A stretch of DNA of 64,000 nucleotides from Eledone cirrhosa (taxonomy: Eukaryota), in NCBI GenBank assembly GCA_964016885.1, contig OZ024740.1, forward strand, positions 195,858,001 through 195,922,000, read 5' to 3'. The position numbers and the translations under genes were made by a program. The notes below the pieces were generated by a model that was not told the DNA's origin, did not search any database, and was given only the letters and a program-made list of their open reading frames with translations. Below, piece by piece: positions 11,942-24,262 of this stretch; position 1 is the first letter of the stretch, and the number at the start of each line of letters is the position of its first letter.

Positions 11942-13199
11942 ATATTAAAATTTATCCAACTTTTATATGAAACTTGATAGATCCATATGAGTTTTGGTGA
12001 GGTTTTTCTAGTTGATTGAGCAGGCAGAGCTATGATTAAAGACATTTAAGCTGTCACCATCATTGTTTTTTTTCTGGCAATGTCTACCCAAAGCCACATC
12101 AAATATGTCCTTAACCTTTTTGGGCAGTAGGTTGTGATATGAGGAGGATTTAATTGCTATCTCTGCTTGATTGAATGACCACATAAAGGCTTGGTTGAAT
12201 GTTGAACACATAAACTATTCATTTAATTTCAGGATGGGAAATAGTGAAACCATGTGCTGTTATAATTAGCATGTTTGTTTGGTCAATAAATGCAGATTTT
12301 TTGTCCTTTCTCACAATTATTTGTATATTGAATACTGTACTATATCCATGTTGATAATGATTTAGTTTATTGTTTCCTTGGAGTAAGTTAATTTTATTAC
12401 ATAATATTCTGTTACATATTGACGACTCCTTACATTCTGAGTTCAAATCAAGTTGAGGTCAGCTTTGCCTTTCATCCTTCTGGGGTTGATAAAATAAAGT
12501 ACCAGTAATGTAGACTTCGCTTTCCCTAAATTGTTGGCCTTGTACTTAATTCAGAAATTATTATTGTTGCTGTTGTTTGAAACCATTATCATTATTATTT
12601 CAAAATAAATGACTGTAGTTAAAAACCACATATTAAACAAAAAAAAAAAAGATAACTCTAATATATGTCACCTATTTCATAACATGACAGTTGTATACAA
12701 AGGTTAAAAACTCTATCTATCTGTCCCTCCTATCATTGTGTGTCTACAGTAAAATTATTACCTTTTCTGTACAGACACGCCTAGAAGCTGAAGAATTCAC
12801 TGACTCATCATATATGACTTCGTCAAGGTTACCTGAGGAGATGTGTCTCCAAAGGCACATTTTTGCAGATATTATTGGTTTTCTTTTTTCTTATTTAGAA
12901 CGGCTGTGATCTTGTTCTATTCAATATTGTATCATGTAATGCAGAGCGGGGGAGGGAGGTGGGTCTATCAACTTGCTAATCTATGTTTTCCTAATGGAAT
13001 TTTAATCAGACTTAGTAAAACTAATTATCAGATTGGTTGAAATGCTTCTCCTGATTATACTTCATATGACTTCTGTTGCCATGGCAATTCTCCCATAACT
13101 TCCTCCCTCCACTGCCACCATTACCGCCACCAGCATTATCATTCTTCATGGTTGCATTACTTTTTTTTACTAGTATCAATTTATCTTTAGGCAACCTTT

Positions 13200-14052
13200 G
13201 AAGAAATGAGGACAACCTTTATTCAATGTCAAAATAAAACTAAAATCATTCTACCCATTGTTTACTCTAAACTATAAAATACTATTAATTTTAAAATTTC
13301 ATTTTGATATTGACAATGAAATGATAATAGTTCCTGCATTGGGGTGATCTTTAGAGATGATGCTCTATTTACCTTCAAAGATTTTAGTAATTCTGCCTTT
13401 GAGAGAGTTAGAAAACATGTATAATTTTTAAAAAAAACTATAACCTGTAAATGTAGTTGGTGTTAGGAAGGGCATCCAGCTGTAAAAACCCTGGCCAAAT
13501 TTATAGTCCCGTCAGAGTAAAGTATGGTGTAGCTAATTCTGATCAGACTTGTCTCTTGACGCAGACAGCCCATCTGACACATGTAAGCATGGGAAAATGG
13601 ATGTTAAACAGTGATGATGCTGATGATGAACCTAACTATAATGATAGAAAATAATACAAAAGTAGTTAATTTCTTGGATGTTACACTTGATTTAAATACT
13701 GAATGTTTTAGCCCCTATCATAAGCCTGGTGAATTTTTATATTATGTGCATAAAAATTTGAATCACCGAAAATCTATTATTAATAATGTGTCAGGGTGGT
13801 AGATTGGCAGTATCGGTCGAGGGTCGGACGCCATGCTTTGATGCATAGAGTTACGGCCCTTGCCATTCTGAGTTCAAATTCCGCCAAGGTTAACTTTGCC
13901 TTTCATCCTTACGGGGTCGATAAAATAAAGTACCAGTAATGCCTTGTGCCAAAAGTAGAAACAATTAATAATGTGTCAGGTAGAATTGCTAAACTTTCGG
14001 CCAGTAAAGATATATTCACCCAAAACACTAAATATTATTATGAAGTTCTTAC
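13200..14052 (+). pseudogene. Penelope-like element reverse transcriptase relic, split by two insertions
   Basis: Reconstructed as TFIQ..KSFYP ... IFRDDALF ... NLTIMIENNTKVVNFLDVTLDLNTECFSPYHKP...NHRKSIINNVSGRIAKLSASKDIF, matching PLE RT motifs (YRDD, VNFLDVTL, SNHP); contains stops and frameshifts. Confidence 0.8.
13796..13963 (+). mobile_element. SINE family A with 17-bp TSD
   Basis: TSD attaataatgtgtcagg at 13779-13795 and 13964-13980. Confidence 0.9.
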
Positions 14053-14317
14053 AAGAACCTCCAAAAGTCCAACCCATACAAGCATGGAAAAGTGGATGTA
14101 AAAACGATGATTGAAAAGGGCATGTTCATTCTTGTTGGCTGGGAAGAACTCTAAATGCTATTGTAACAATAAACACACCCTGATCCACTTTATCTCAAAT
14201 TGTGTAATATAAGAATTGTAATTATTAAAATGGTTGTATTTATTTATTTATTTATTTATTTATTTATATATATATATATATATAATGAATAACTAGGATT
14301 AAATTACATGAAATTAT

Positions 14318-14396
14318 TTAATTGATTTATGAACGTTTCAAACAATACAACAGGAAAATATATTTCTACTGTATTGATTTCTTCAGAATCTATTAA
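14318..14396 (-). ncRNA. Hammerhead ribozyme motif (slightly decayed)
   Basis: Minus strand reads ttaatagatt CTGAAGA [long stem II with caataca/tgtattg] GAAAC gttc ATA aatcaattaa; stem I 9/10. ATA is probably CpG-decayed GTA. Runs into (TA)n at ~14265-14284. Confidence 0.6.
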
Positions 14397-14476
14397 ACAC
14401 CATAAATAACATAATTATTTACTTTGACCTTCCCTAAATTTGCTGATCTTGTGCCTTAATTAGAAGTCATTATTAG

Positions 14477-14660
14477 TGGTGGATTGGCAGTAATGGTAGA
14501 GGGTCGAACACCATGATTTGATGCATAGAGTTACGGCCCTTGCCATTCTGAGTTCAAATCCCACCGAGGTTAACTTTGCCTTTCATCCTTATGGGGTCGA
14601 TAAAATAAAGTACCAGTAATACACTGGGTAATTGCTGGCTTTGTGCCTAAAGTAGAAACA
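14477..14660 (+). mobile_element. SINE family A (short-tail subfamily)
   Basis: Full head and centre; TSD attattag at 14469-14476 and 14661-14668. Further copies: 12410-12562, 19358-19545, 21580-21790, 57275-57418, 58625-58818, 59696-59791(-), 60995-61520(-, several). Confidence 0.85.
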
Positions 14661-15626
14661 ATTATTAGCACTAGCATATTGCTAAAGACTGGGATTTTAG
14701 ATTAGCTTGTGCCACTTTCCTGAAATAACATCAATTAATTTATATCAAACCTATATTTAAATATAGTTAGACATCGAATAAAAACAAGGTCTATTTAATT
14801 TTAATGCTGAAATTGGTGAAAGAATTTATAGCTAGAGGTGTTAGCTATCTTAACCAACCAATTAACCAACCAAAACACATTCAATAAGAAGCAAAAACTG
14901 AGGTATGTCAGCATGCCATAAGGAGAATAAATATTTAATGTTTCAAGCAGAATCCTTGATTATCTGATAAAGGAAGGGCTCTTCTATGCATGTGTCTTTA
15001 AATATTTCTTTTTCTCATGCTATATGAACAACATAGCTTGGGTTTTTTTCTTTCTAATCTGATGCTTGTTGTCATAGACAGTAGTCTCCTTGAATTTTAT
15101 CAAATAAATTGATCAAAGAAATGTTTGTTAATTTAATGTAAACTGTATCATTTTTTTTTTCCAGACAACAGATTTAGAAAACATGATTATAAATATATTC
15201 AACTGATTTAAGAATCTAATCTTGCATGATTCTATATGATTTCTAAAATGATAAAGAAATACATCACTTTAATCTATTCACTTCAAATAATTACGATTTA
15301 ATATTTGGTTTTCTGATTCTAAAGGCAACATTGAATTTTTTCATAGTTTCTTTCAAGTGAAAGAAATATTGGTTTTTTTTTTTTGTTTGTTTCTTTTAAT
15401 TTTACTATACTTAATAAGTTTCGTTTTGTGAAATAAGAAGTAAAAGATCATTCCATGAGAAAATATGCATCCCTGAAGAGGTATTTAATTTCCCTAACGC
15501 TTCAATACCATAATGGCCTTTAATTTAATTTTTTTAAATTCATATATTTTAACTTAACCAGGACTTCTTCAAACAAATTAATTGCTTTCTATATCTGAGT
15601 AAAGTTATTTTGCCAAAATATCATTA

Positions 15627-15775
<149 letters not shown>

Positions 15776-16991
15776 GTGAGAAAGAGAGAGAGTGTGTGAC
15801 TCTAATCTTGTTGAGGGCATGTCAGTCCTTTTGAGGATATGACAATTATTTTAATACTGGTGCAATTGTTTACTTATATCTCAGCCATAAACGGCATCCC
15901 ATCTCTTTTTTTCTGGCATAGAGTATGGAGACTGTGTTCTTCCATTCTTGAAGACAGTAAGGTATGTTTGTAATGGAGATTTTGTTGCTATTTCTAGCAG
16001 ATTGTGTGAGCATGCAGATGCTTCTCCAATGGCTCATCATTTGTTAATTGTTGGTCAGAATGGTAAGTTCATTTTGGTGGGAGTGAGGAGGTGACAGTGG
16101 TGTGGTCATGAACCCAGATATTTTTTTTATCCAACTGTACTTTTATGTTTGGAAATAGAACCAGTTGCAGCAGTAAGAATTTTATGATTTACCATTTTTA
16201 CCATCTCCATTGAAGCATAAGTTTCTAAACTAATTTTGAAATGAAAGCATTGATTATGATGCAAGAAGAAATTGCATTCAACAAGTAGATTCATCTGTTA
16301 TAAAAATATTAATAAGTAAATTTTTTACAGAATCAGGTTTGTTAATGACATCACAATTAACATAATAACTAACATTGCTGCATATGTTATTAATTAATAC
16401 TCATGATTATTCTTAGCAATTAATTTATCATAATTAGTAACAAACAATGGTTATGTAGAACTACATTTTAAGTGTTTATGATGTTAGCAGTTATAAAATA
16501 ATGTGCATGTATAACTGATCCCGCTTTTTATAATCTGATAGTATAATCTGGTGGTATAAAAGATATTAAATCATTAGACTTAATGTTATACTTGTTGGAT
16601 CTACAGTCAGTAAAATAAGTATCAGCAATATCCTGATATCCAAAATTTGACTTTGTACTTAAACAAATATAACATTTAAGAAAATTAAAACAATAAAAGA
16701 AATGGGAAGCTTGCAAGACAGCCCTCACATGCTCTAGCAGCCAAATTTCCCTTGAATCACACCTTAACGTCTTGAAGGAAGTATATATTAGATAACTATG
16801 TGCCTGCTCAGATGTAACGTGGAACTATAACAACCAAAAACATTTTTAAAAAAAAGGTATCAGTGTTATGGCTATTTAAATTGTGAGCTTCAGAATAAAT
16901 ATAGGCTCTCAATGAATTAACCCCATGTCTCAGTTGAACCCATGTAGATGCCTTTAAAAAACATTACATCATCTTGAGTCTTTGCACCTAC

Positions 16992-17184
16992 TTAACCCTT
17001 TAGCATTTACATTACTTCATATTTACTTTTATATTTTCGTGGTACAGTCTTTACATCACATAATATTGATATTTTGAGAATAATACCGTAACATCAGTAT
17101 GTGTTGCAAGTTACAGCCAGTTTGAACAGAAAGAGGTGCGAGAATTCTGGCCGGATACAACCAGTTTAAATGCTACAAGGTTAA
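16992..17184 (+). mobile_element. piggyBac-type MITE family 1
   Basis: TTAA-ccctttagcattt ... aaatgctacaagg-TTAA. Confidence 0.85.
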
Positions 17185-18594
17185 GAAACCCATCTTATGG
17201 CAGTTTGACTCCTTAATTTAAATTTCGCTTTCTGTTTTGTAATTTGACTTTTAACTATTCAGAAGTTGTTTAACTCGAGGTTAGCCATGATTGAGCAGAC
17301 ATGTAACCACAGGCATTACATGTTTGTATATCTAGGGCTACATTGTCTAGTGTGTCCTTCAAGACATTAGGATATGATTGTCAAAGAAGTTTAGTTGTTA
17401 TTTTTTAACGGATTGAGCAATGGTATAGCTTGAACTACCATAGTGAATATTGGGAGTGCTGATACTGTAGTAATATATTTCTGATAAGGAGCTTAAAATA
17501 TATTCTCGTTTAATTCATCTTTGTAATATCCTTGATATTTTTAAAAGATTTATTTAGTTAACGAAGCATAATTCAAGTCATATTCTTTTTTATTTTGTAG
17601 TGGCACTCAGTTCTTTAAATCTTCTAATCAGCATTATAAAATCAATAGTAAATTTTTACATATTCTTTGCCAACAGCCTATCTTTAAGTGGGAGGGTTGA
17701 ATTTCTTTCAGAAATTTTCCATATTTCTGAAGAAGAATGTTGTGTTTGATGTCTTTGAATTCAGTTGCTTGTCATTGATTTGCTATTTAAATTTCATTAT
17801 TTCATTTTCTTCTTTTGTTATATAATAACAGCAATTCTACTTATTTCTCTCTTTGAAGACAAGATTGTTTTTTAGAAATTTCTTCACCTTCTGACTATTA
17901 CTGAGTTTACTTTTGAAAATATTGAACATATTTTCCTGATTATCTTCATAACTGACTGGTATGTGAAAATAAATGTATTGGTTTTTACTCTATTATGTTT
18001 GTCCTAAAGTCATTGAAATGGTAATTTCAGGAACTTTAGCACCAATAACAAACTTAAATATACTTTTAATAGGTAAGGTATAACTGCACACTGAATATTT
18101 TTCTAGACAATTTATGTATATAGCTGTTAGGAGTTAGCAATGCAATCAAAGATAGGGATAGTTGGTATAGTGCAAGCTTATCTAATCATTGCATATATTG
18201 AAAAATAGGCAGAAACACCATTAATAGAGAAATCAATATCCGAGAACCATGAATTGACTGGTAAATTTCTAATGTAAAGAATATAAAATAAACATCAAAG
18301 TGAGACAGAAAAGAAAGTCTATTGATGTGACTCAAACCATGTATCTACGGTATTATTAAATTTGAGAAGCAGAAATATCAAGCATATCCTGCCTTACTAA
18401 TGTTTTTAACTTTGAAAAAGCCTTTTGGTGAGATTTTTATTCTTGTTTAGCCACAAGTCAGCCCTGTTCAAACAAACCCATAATCAAAGGCATTCCTGCT
18501 GTAACTATTAGCAATTTTTCCAAACTTAATGTATCCCAAACTACATAATCTAAAATGTCCTGTTTTTTTCTTTTTTAGAATGATTGGGTGTAAT

Positions 18595-18833
18595 TTAATC
18601 CTTTCATGACTGCATTTCTAATGAAATACAGACTATTTAATTAATTAATGAAGAATTTTGAGGGATTTGCTAAAATTATTAATTATTTCATTATTAAGAT
18701 AGTAACTTAATGTAAGGTTCTTATATAAAATTATGTTGGAAGATTTTAATTTAAATTGGAAACCCTTAAAATGGGTGGTTTTATTTCATAGAACCAGAGC
18801 TGGTTTTGGCCAGATTGATAACTAAAGGGTTAA
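18595..18833 (+). mobile_element. piggyBac-type MITE family 2, inserted into a family D repeat
   Basis: TTAA at both ends; flanks rejoin as gggtgtaat-ttaa-gagagatttagctg, a family D motif. Confidence 0.8.
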
Positions 18834-21830
18834 GAGAGATTTAGCTGGTAATTTTAGTTGTGTAACCACATACACACTCTCTAGTTGGTTTCAGGCTCTC
18901 TCACCAGTTGGGTCATGAGGTTCAAAGTGAAATGTTTTTTCGTGGGTGTCATTGTGTTTTTGATAATTAAAGATCAACAAAAGTACAGGTAATTTTTATT
19001 TTTTTATTTTTAAATAATTTTATTAATCCATATCTTGAGTATCAATGGAACTTCAATGAATTCCACAACTCCTTGAAAACAAACAACAATTTTTCATTCA
19101 CTTTTCTCATATCCGCTCTAATGAAGATCTTGATAAAAAGTGTCAGGCATTGGTTTTATAGAATTACTTGAACTGATTTACCTTCTTATATTTCTTTGCA
19201 AAATATCTTCTTTTTTTTAAATTTTAAATTAGATTTTATTTGATTTTCTTTATTGGTTTGTTTGTTTTCTGTTATATTCCTTTAAAAACATATTTTAAAA
19301 GTACCCCCCTCCCCCGTACAGAAAGGATATAGCTCTTAATCTGTTTATTGATTATTATGTGGATTGGCAGTATCGGTAGAGGGTCAGACGCCATGCTTTC
19401 CAGCATAGTTACGTCCCTTTACGATCTGAGTTCAAATCCCGCCGAGGTTGACTTTGCCTTTCATCCTTACGGGGGTCGATAAAATAAAGTACCCGTAATG
19501 CACTGGGTAATTGCTGGCCTTGTGCCTAAAGTAGAAACAATTATTAATTTCAGTAGAAACAATTATTAATTTCAGTCTAAATACTTTATTTGTATTAAAC
19601 TGGCAACAAGATTCTGTCTCTGTGATTTGGTTATTCTGTTTACCCCCAGCCCACTCTTTCTTTCCTTTCAATTTTAGTTATCTGGGAGTATGATAGAACA
19701 CATACACACTGAGAGAGAGATAAAGGAAAAGAATGAGAAAAAAAAAGAAAGAAAGGGAAAGAAAAAAAGCAGAATATAATATATAACAAAATAAATAATG
19801 AAAATAAATAATGAAAAGAATGAAGTACAAATTGTTAGCTTTTAATATATTTTGGGTTCTCTCATGCACAAACAACTAAATAGTAGTTTACATCTATGTA
19901 AAATCTATTCAGTGAAATTTATATTAAAAAGAAAAGCCACCCATGTATGTGTATATATATAAAGATATATATATATATATGTGTGTGTTGGGTGTAGGTA
20001 TTTTGACAAGATCTACATATGGGATGTTTCAAAGTTATAACATAAAAAAATATGCTTAATTTTATATAGCTAAGGGAGCTTTTAGCTTCTAATTTTAGAA
20101 AATGCTACCATTACACACACATACATGCATTCATATGATTGTGTATATGTATATTTGAATTTTTGTATTCCTTTCTTTGTTTTTACTTTTATCTATTTAT
20201 TTATCTTTTTTTTTTGTTATGCTATGTAACTTGTTGAGCTTGCTACCATAGCAACATATAAGTTATGCCTCACTTACACCAACTGTTCTGCAGTTAGTAT
20301 ATAGATGCTAGATGTGATAGAAAAGATAATGCAAAAGATGTGCCAATATGAGTTGGTGGGCCAGGCTAAGCTGCTTCTTCTTCCTTCTATGTATAAATAA
20401 CCTTAGAGGAGTAAATTGTTTTCTGTGTAGCAGAGGAAGGAATAACCAACAGAGACTGACTTAATCAATAAACTTCCAGTGAGAAGAAGAAATATTGTTG
20501 CTGCCTCTCTCTTGCTCTCTCTCTCCTACAGTTAGGAGTTGCTGCTCTCTTTGCTGTGTGATGCTGTTATGATGGGACAATAGCCAACTCAATTTGCCCA
20601 TTCTCACTCTCTCCCACTTCTCTCAGTTTAGTTGAAAGGGTGTAAGCTCTATCCCCCTTTCACCATTGCTAGTTTTATGGATAAAGCTATTTAGTTGTTG
20701 TTTAACCCCCAGTTCAGCTGAGTAGGCTTATCATCAAAGGCATTCCAACTGTAACTACACTGTCTTTTATTTTAACTATTCATTCAGAACCTTATTATCC
20801 AATGTGGTCTTCCTCTTTTAAAACAGTAGAGTTATTAGATAGAAATTTTGCTGTTATTTCTTGCAGTTCAAGCAAGCTTATCAGGACACTCTTGTCGGCT
20901 ATTTAGTTGGTTTCTTTTAAACACTTAGTCAGGAGGGCGAGCAGTACTCACATCCTCTTCAGGGCCTCTGAAACAGGTAAGTTGGAAAGAAGGTTTGGTA
21001 AAGGCATCCAAGAGCCAGAACAAATACTGCAAGGCTCTAATTCTGTCAGTCCATTCCTCTAGACATGTACTTTATTTATCTTCCCCATAAGAATAAAAGA
21101 CATAGTTGACCTTGGCAGTATTTTAATTTCTGTCAGTTTGAAATCAGATGTGCTTTATAGAGGATATACTGTGAGCCATTATTGGCTACATAGCTATGTT
21201 GACATTAGTTAGAAAACACTTTGTGTTGATTTTATGTCCCAGAAAATGCTCCGTCTACAGCTAGCTAAAGTTACACAATGAACTTTTAATATAAATAAAT
21301 TGGATAAAAAAGTAAAATTATTTTCTCATATTCCATTTCTATTTTCCTGTTGCTTTTCAACTAGAACATTTGATGTGGTATAAACAGTTGAGAGCTAGAC
21401 TAGACATTTATGGTAGGCATTTATGGTACCTAGTTCAGTATATATACAATTGACTTCTGTATAGTTTGTTTACCAAATAATGTACTAGACAAATACTAGG
21501 GTCAAAATAATCGATTATTCACCCTCCCACTCACAAATTTCTGGTAAGAAACAATTATTATTATTATTTTTACTAAAAGTGTGATGGAATGGCTGTATCA
21601 GTAGAGCATCAGGTACTTTGCCCTTTGTTTTGAGTTCAAACCCCACCAAGGTTAACTTTGCCTTTCAATGTTATGAGATTGATAAAATAAAGCATCAATA
21701 AAACGCACTTGGGTTGGGTTAATTGTCTGACCCCCACCCCCACCCCGTCCTTTCAAATTGGTGTCCTTGTGCCAAAAGTAGAAGAAATAATTATTTCTAC
21801 TAATCAGCATTTGTTAATAGTAGAAATAAT

Positions 21831-22016
21831 TGTTTCTACTTTTGGCACAAGGCCAGCAATTACCCAGTGCATTACTGGTACTTTATTTTATCGACCCCAT
21901 AAGGATGAAAGGCAAAGTTAACCTCGGTGGGATTTGAACTCAGAATGGCAAGGGCCGTAACTCTATGCATCAAATCATGGTGTTCGACCCTCTACCGTTA
22001 CTGCCAATCCACCGCT
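21831..22016 (-). mobile_element. SINE family A with 17-bp TSD
   Basis: TSD ttaatagtagaaataat at 21814-21830 and 22017-22033; nearly identical to the 14477 copy. Confidence 0.9.
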
Positions 22017-22506
22017 TTAATAGTAGAAATAATGATGATTTTTATGGTCTTGCAGATGAAATATGGATGCTAGGAGGGACAACTGAAAATAAACTACTCT
22101 ATGCTGACCTATTTAAACTACTACTTGTACTATCTCTGTTGCTGCCTGTGGTGTAGGGAAGTAGTCTTTGTAGTATGGTGTCTGAATGAAGGTTTAGCTA
22201 CCAGATTGATGGAAACTATTAACTGACAGAATATTGATTTCTGTTTCATCAAAGTTCTTTTTATTTCATGAAAATGATAGGATAAATATTGCTGTTACGT
22301 ATTAGCGTATGTATGTGTGTGTGTATGTATGTGACCAAGAAGGATAATTGGAGAAAGCATTGATCAGAGTGTGACTTGGCTAAATTTCATCCATTCTCTC
22401 AAAGATGAATTTATTGTAGATACACAAAATCATGATCATTTTAATGCAATAAATACATATATATATATATATATGTATGTATATATGTATGTATGTATGT
22501 ATGAAC

Positions 22507-23285
22507 TTGCCCACCGAGAGTGAGGACGTGATCCTGCTGGGCTGGGATCCTTCCCCTTATAGTGATTTGGGACACGCCTTATTCGTAGTGAAATGAAACT
22601 TATCTGATAAACATTCTAATATTGACTATTGTGATATTCGTAGGCCCTGTGATTTGCCCTATGAACTCATGGTTAGGGCAGATACGACCTATGAATCTAA
22701 GTCATGTGAAATTAATTTGCCTTACCTGCCTCCTATGGTGCATAGTGCATGTATCATTTAATTGCTTCTGTGTGCATTCACTTGCCTCTGTTTCTCATTT
22801 GATACTCTATGACTCTAAGTCATGGAAAACTAACTCACCTGTCTTCTATAGTGACCAATGCATACCTTCTTTTGTTGCTTTTGTGTGCCTTCACATGCCT
22901 CAATTTCTTTTTCTCTCTTTTTTTATTATGTTTAATTGCTTTTGTGTACCTTCACATGCCTCAGTGTCTTGTGAGAAAATCTACTTGTATTCTAATATTT
23001 TGTTATAATGTTGACTAACAACCCCATTATGCATTCTCTCCATCCTTCTCATCTCCAATCTCCCTCTTATATTCCTGCACTGTATCTCTACTGTTCTTGT
23101 TTATAACGCTCTGATGAGCCCTGCCCCCACGGTATGGATGAAACATTGTCAGCGAATAAAAATTGTTTGAGTATATAGGCGTTCTTTGATTTCTTTTATC
23201 TATAACGGCTCTTATTGTACATTGAGCTAATACGATACTGTCACAAATACGACACTGTGCAGGTGTGTTTATGCACATATGCTTC
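22507..23285 (+). mobile_element. Probable PLE 3' region (pseudo-LTR) containing a hammerhead
   Basis: CpG-retaining block beginning at a (TA)/(TATG) tract; internal ~30-bp repeats; HHR at 23101-23159. Confidence 0.5.
23101..23159 (+). ncRNA. Type I hammerhead ribozyme motif with canonical GUC site
   Basis: ttataa-cgct CTGATGA (23111-23117) [stem II tgcc/ggta + cc/gg] GAAAC (23140-23144) att GTC agcg-aataa; predicted cut after 23150. Confidence 0.7.
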
Positions 23286-23289
23286 ATTC

Positions 23290-24262
23290 ATCATCATCAT
23301 CAACGTTTAACGTCCGTGTTCCACGCTTGCATGGGTTTGGACGGGGGTTTTCCCACTTGAGGCAAGTGTGATTGTCGCATAGGACTGTCTGGCGGGTTTT
23401 CTACAGCTGGATGCCCTTCCTAACACCAACCACATTTACAGTGTGGGGCTGGGAGGTTTTTACCGTGTTGCCTACACGGCCACATTACAGCGTGGACTGT
23501 CTGGCGGGTTTTCTACAGCTGGATGCCCTTCCTACACGATCTCATTTGTTTCGGCCTGGATGTTGTGGCACCAACATAACTTTACATTGAAAGGGGCGGT
23601 GTGGATGGGGTGGGGTGGGGGTGGTGCACGGGGGTGTATTTTGTTAGAGATGCCTACTGACTGTAGTAGGTTTTACTTTGTATTTAGGTAAGGCGGGTCT
23701 TCTCTATTACTGAGTACCGCCAAAGGTCTCGGTCCAGTGACATTGTCTTGGAGAGGTGTAAGTGTGTGAGGTCGGAATTTATCAGCTCGTCCCAGGTTTT
23801 TCTGGGTCTGCCTACTCCGTAGCTACCGTCTATCTTTATTGCCCTGCACTTTGTTATACAACTGTCGTCTTTCATGCGCATCATGTGACCATACCAACGT
23901 AGCCTTCTCTCGAGTAAACAACATCTGATCCCTCTTATTTCTAATTTTTTCCTTAGTTCGCTTATGCTTTGCCGTTCACGTATATTACTATTACACATCC
24001 AGCGGAGCATGCAAGCTTCGTTCCTTTCTAGTCTGCGTATATCCTCTGCTCACAATGCCCAGGTCTCACTGCCATGCAACATTGCTGTTCGTATGCAGGC
24101 ATCATACAACCTGCCTTTCATTTTTAGGGAGAACCCTTTAGTGGCTAATAGTGGTATAAGCTCTCTGAACTTTTTCCATCCAGTTCTGACTCTAGCTACC
24201 TACTTTCAGAGCACCCTCCCCCACTGCTGATTTTGTCACCCAGGTAACGGAAGCGTCTACGT
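23290..24262 (-). mobile_element. 5'-truncated RTE-clade LINE (C-terminal ORF, 3'UTR, (GAT)n tail)
   Basis: [17 protein letters not shown]...MLRWMC...RRLRWYGHMMRM...GRPRKTW (ORF 23684-24010); 3'UTR ends cccatgcaagcgtggaacacggacgttaaac(gat)n. Confidence 0.92.

Noticed and set aside
15471-15530. CTGAAGA followed by a ggtatt/aatacc stem
   Set aside because: GAAA box absent (ataa) and no stem I; at most an unrecoverable relic.
20867-20976. Possible exon ending at CAG|GTAAGT
   Set aside because: The acceptor lies within a family D repeat and all three frames contain stops; no independent support.
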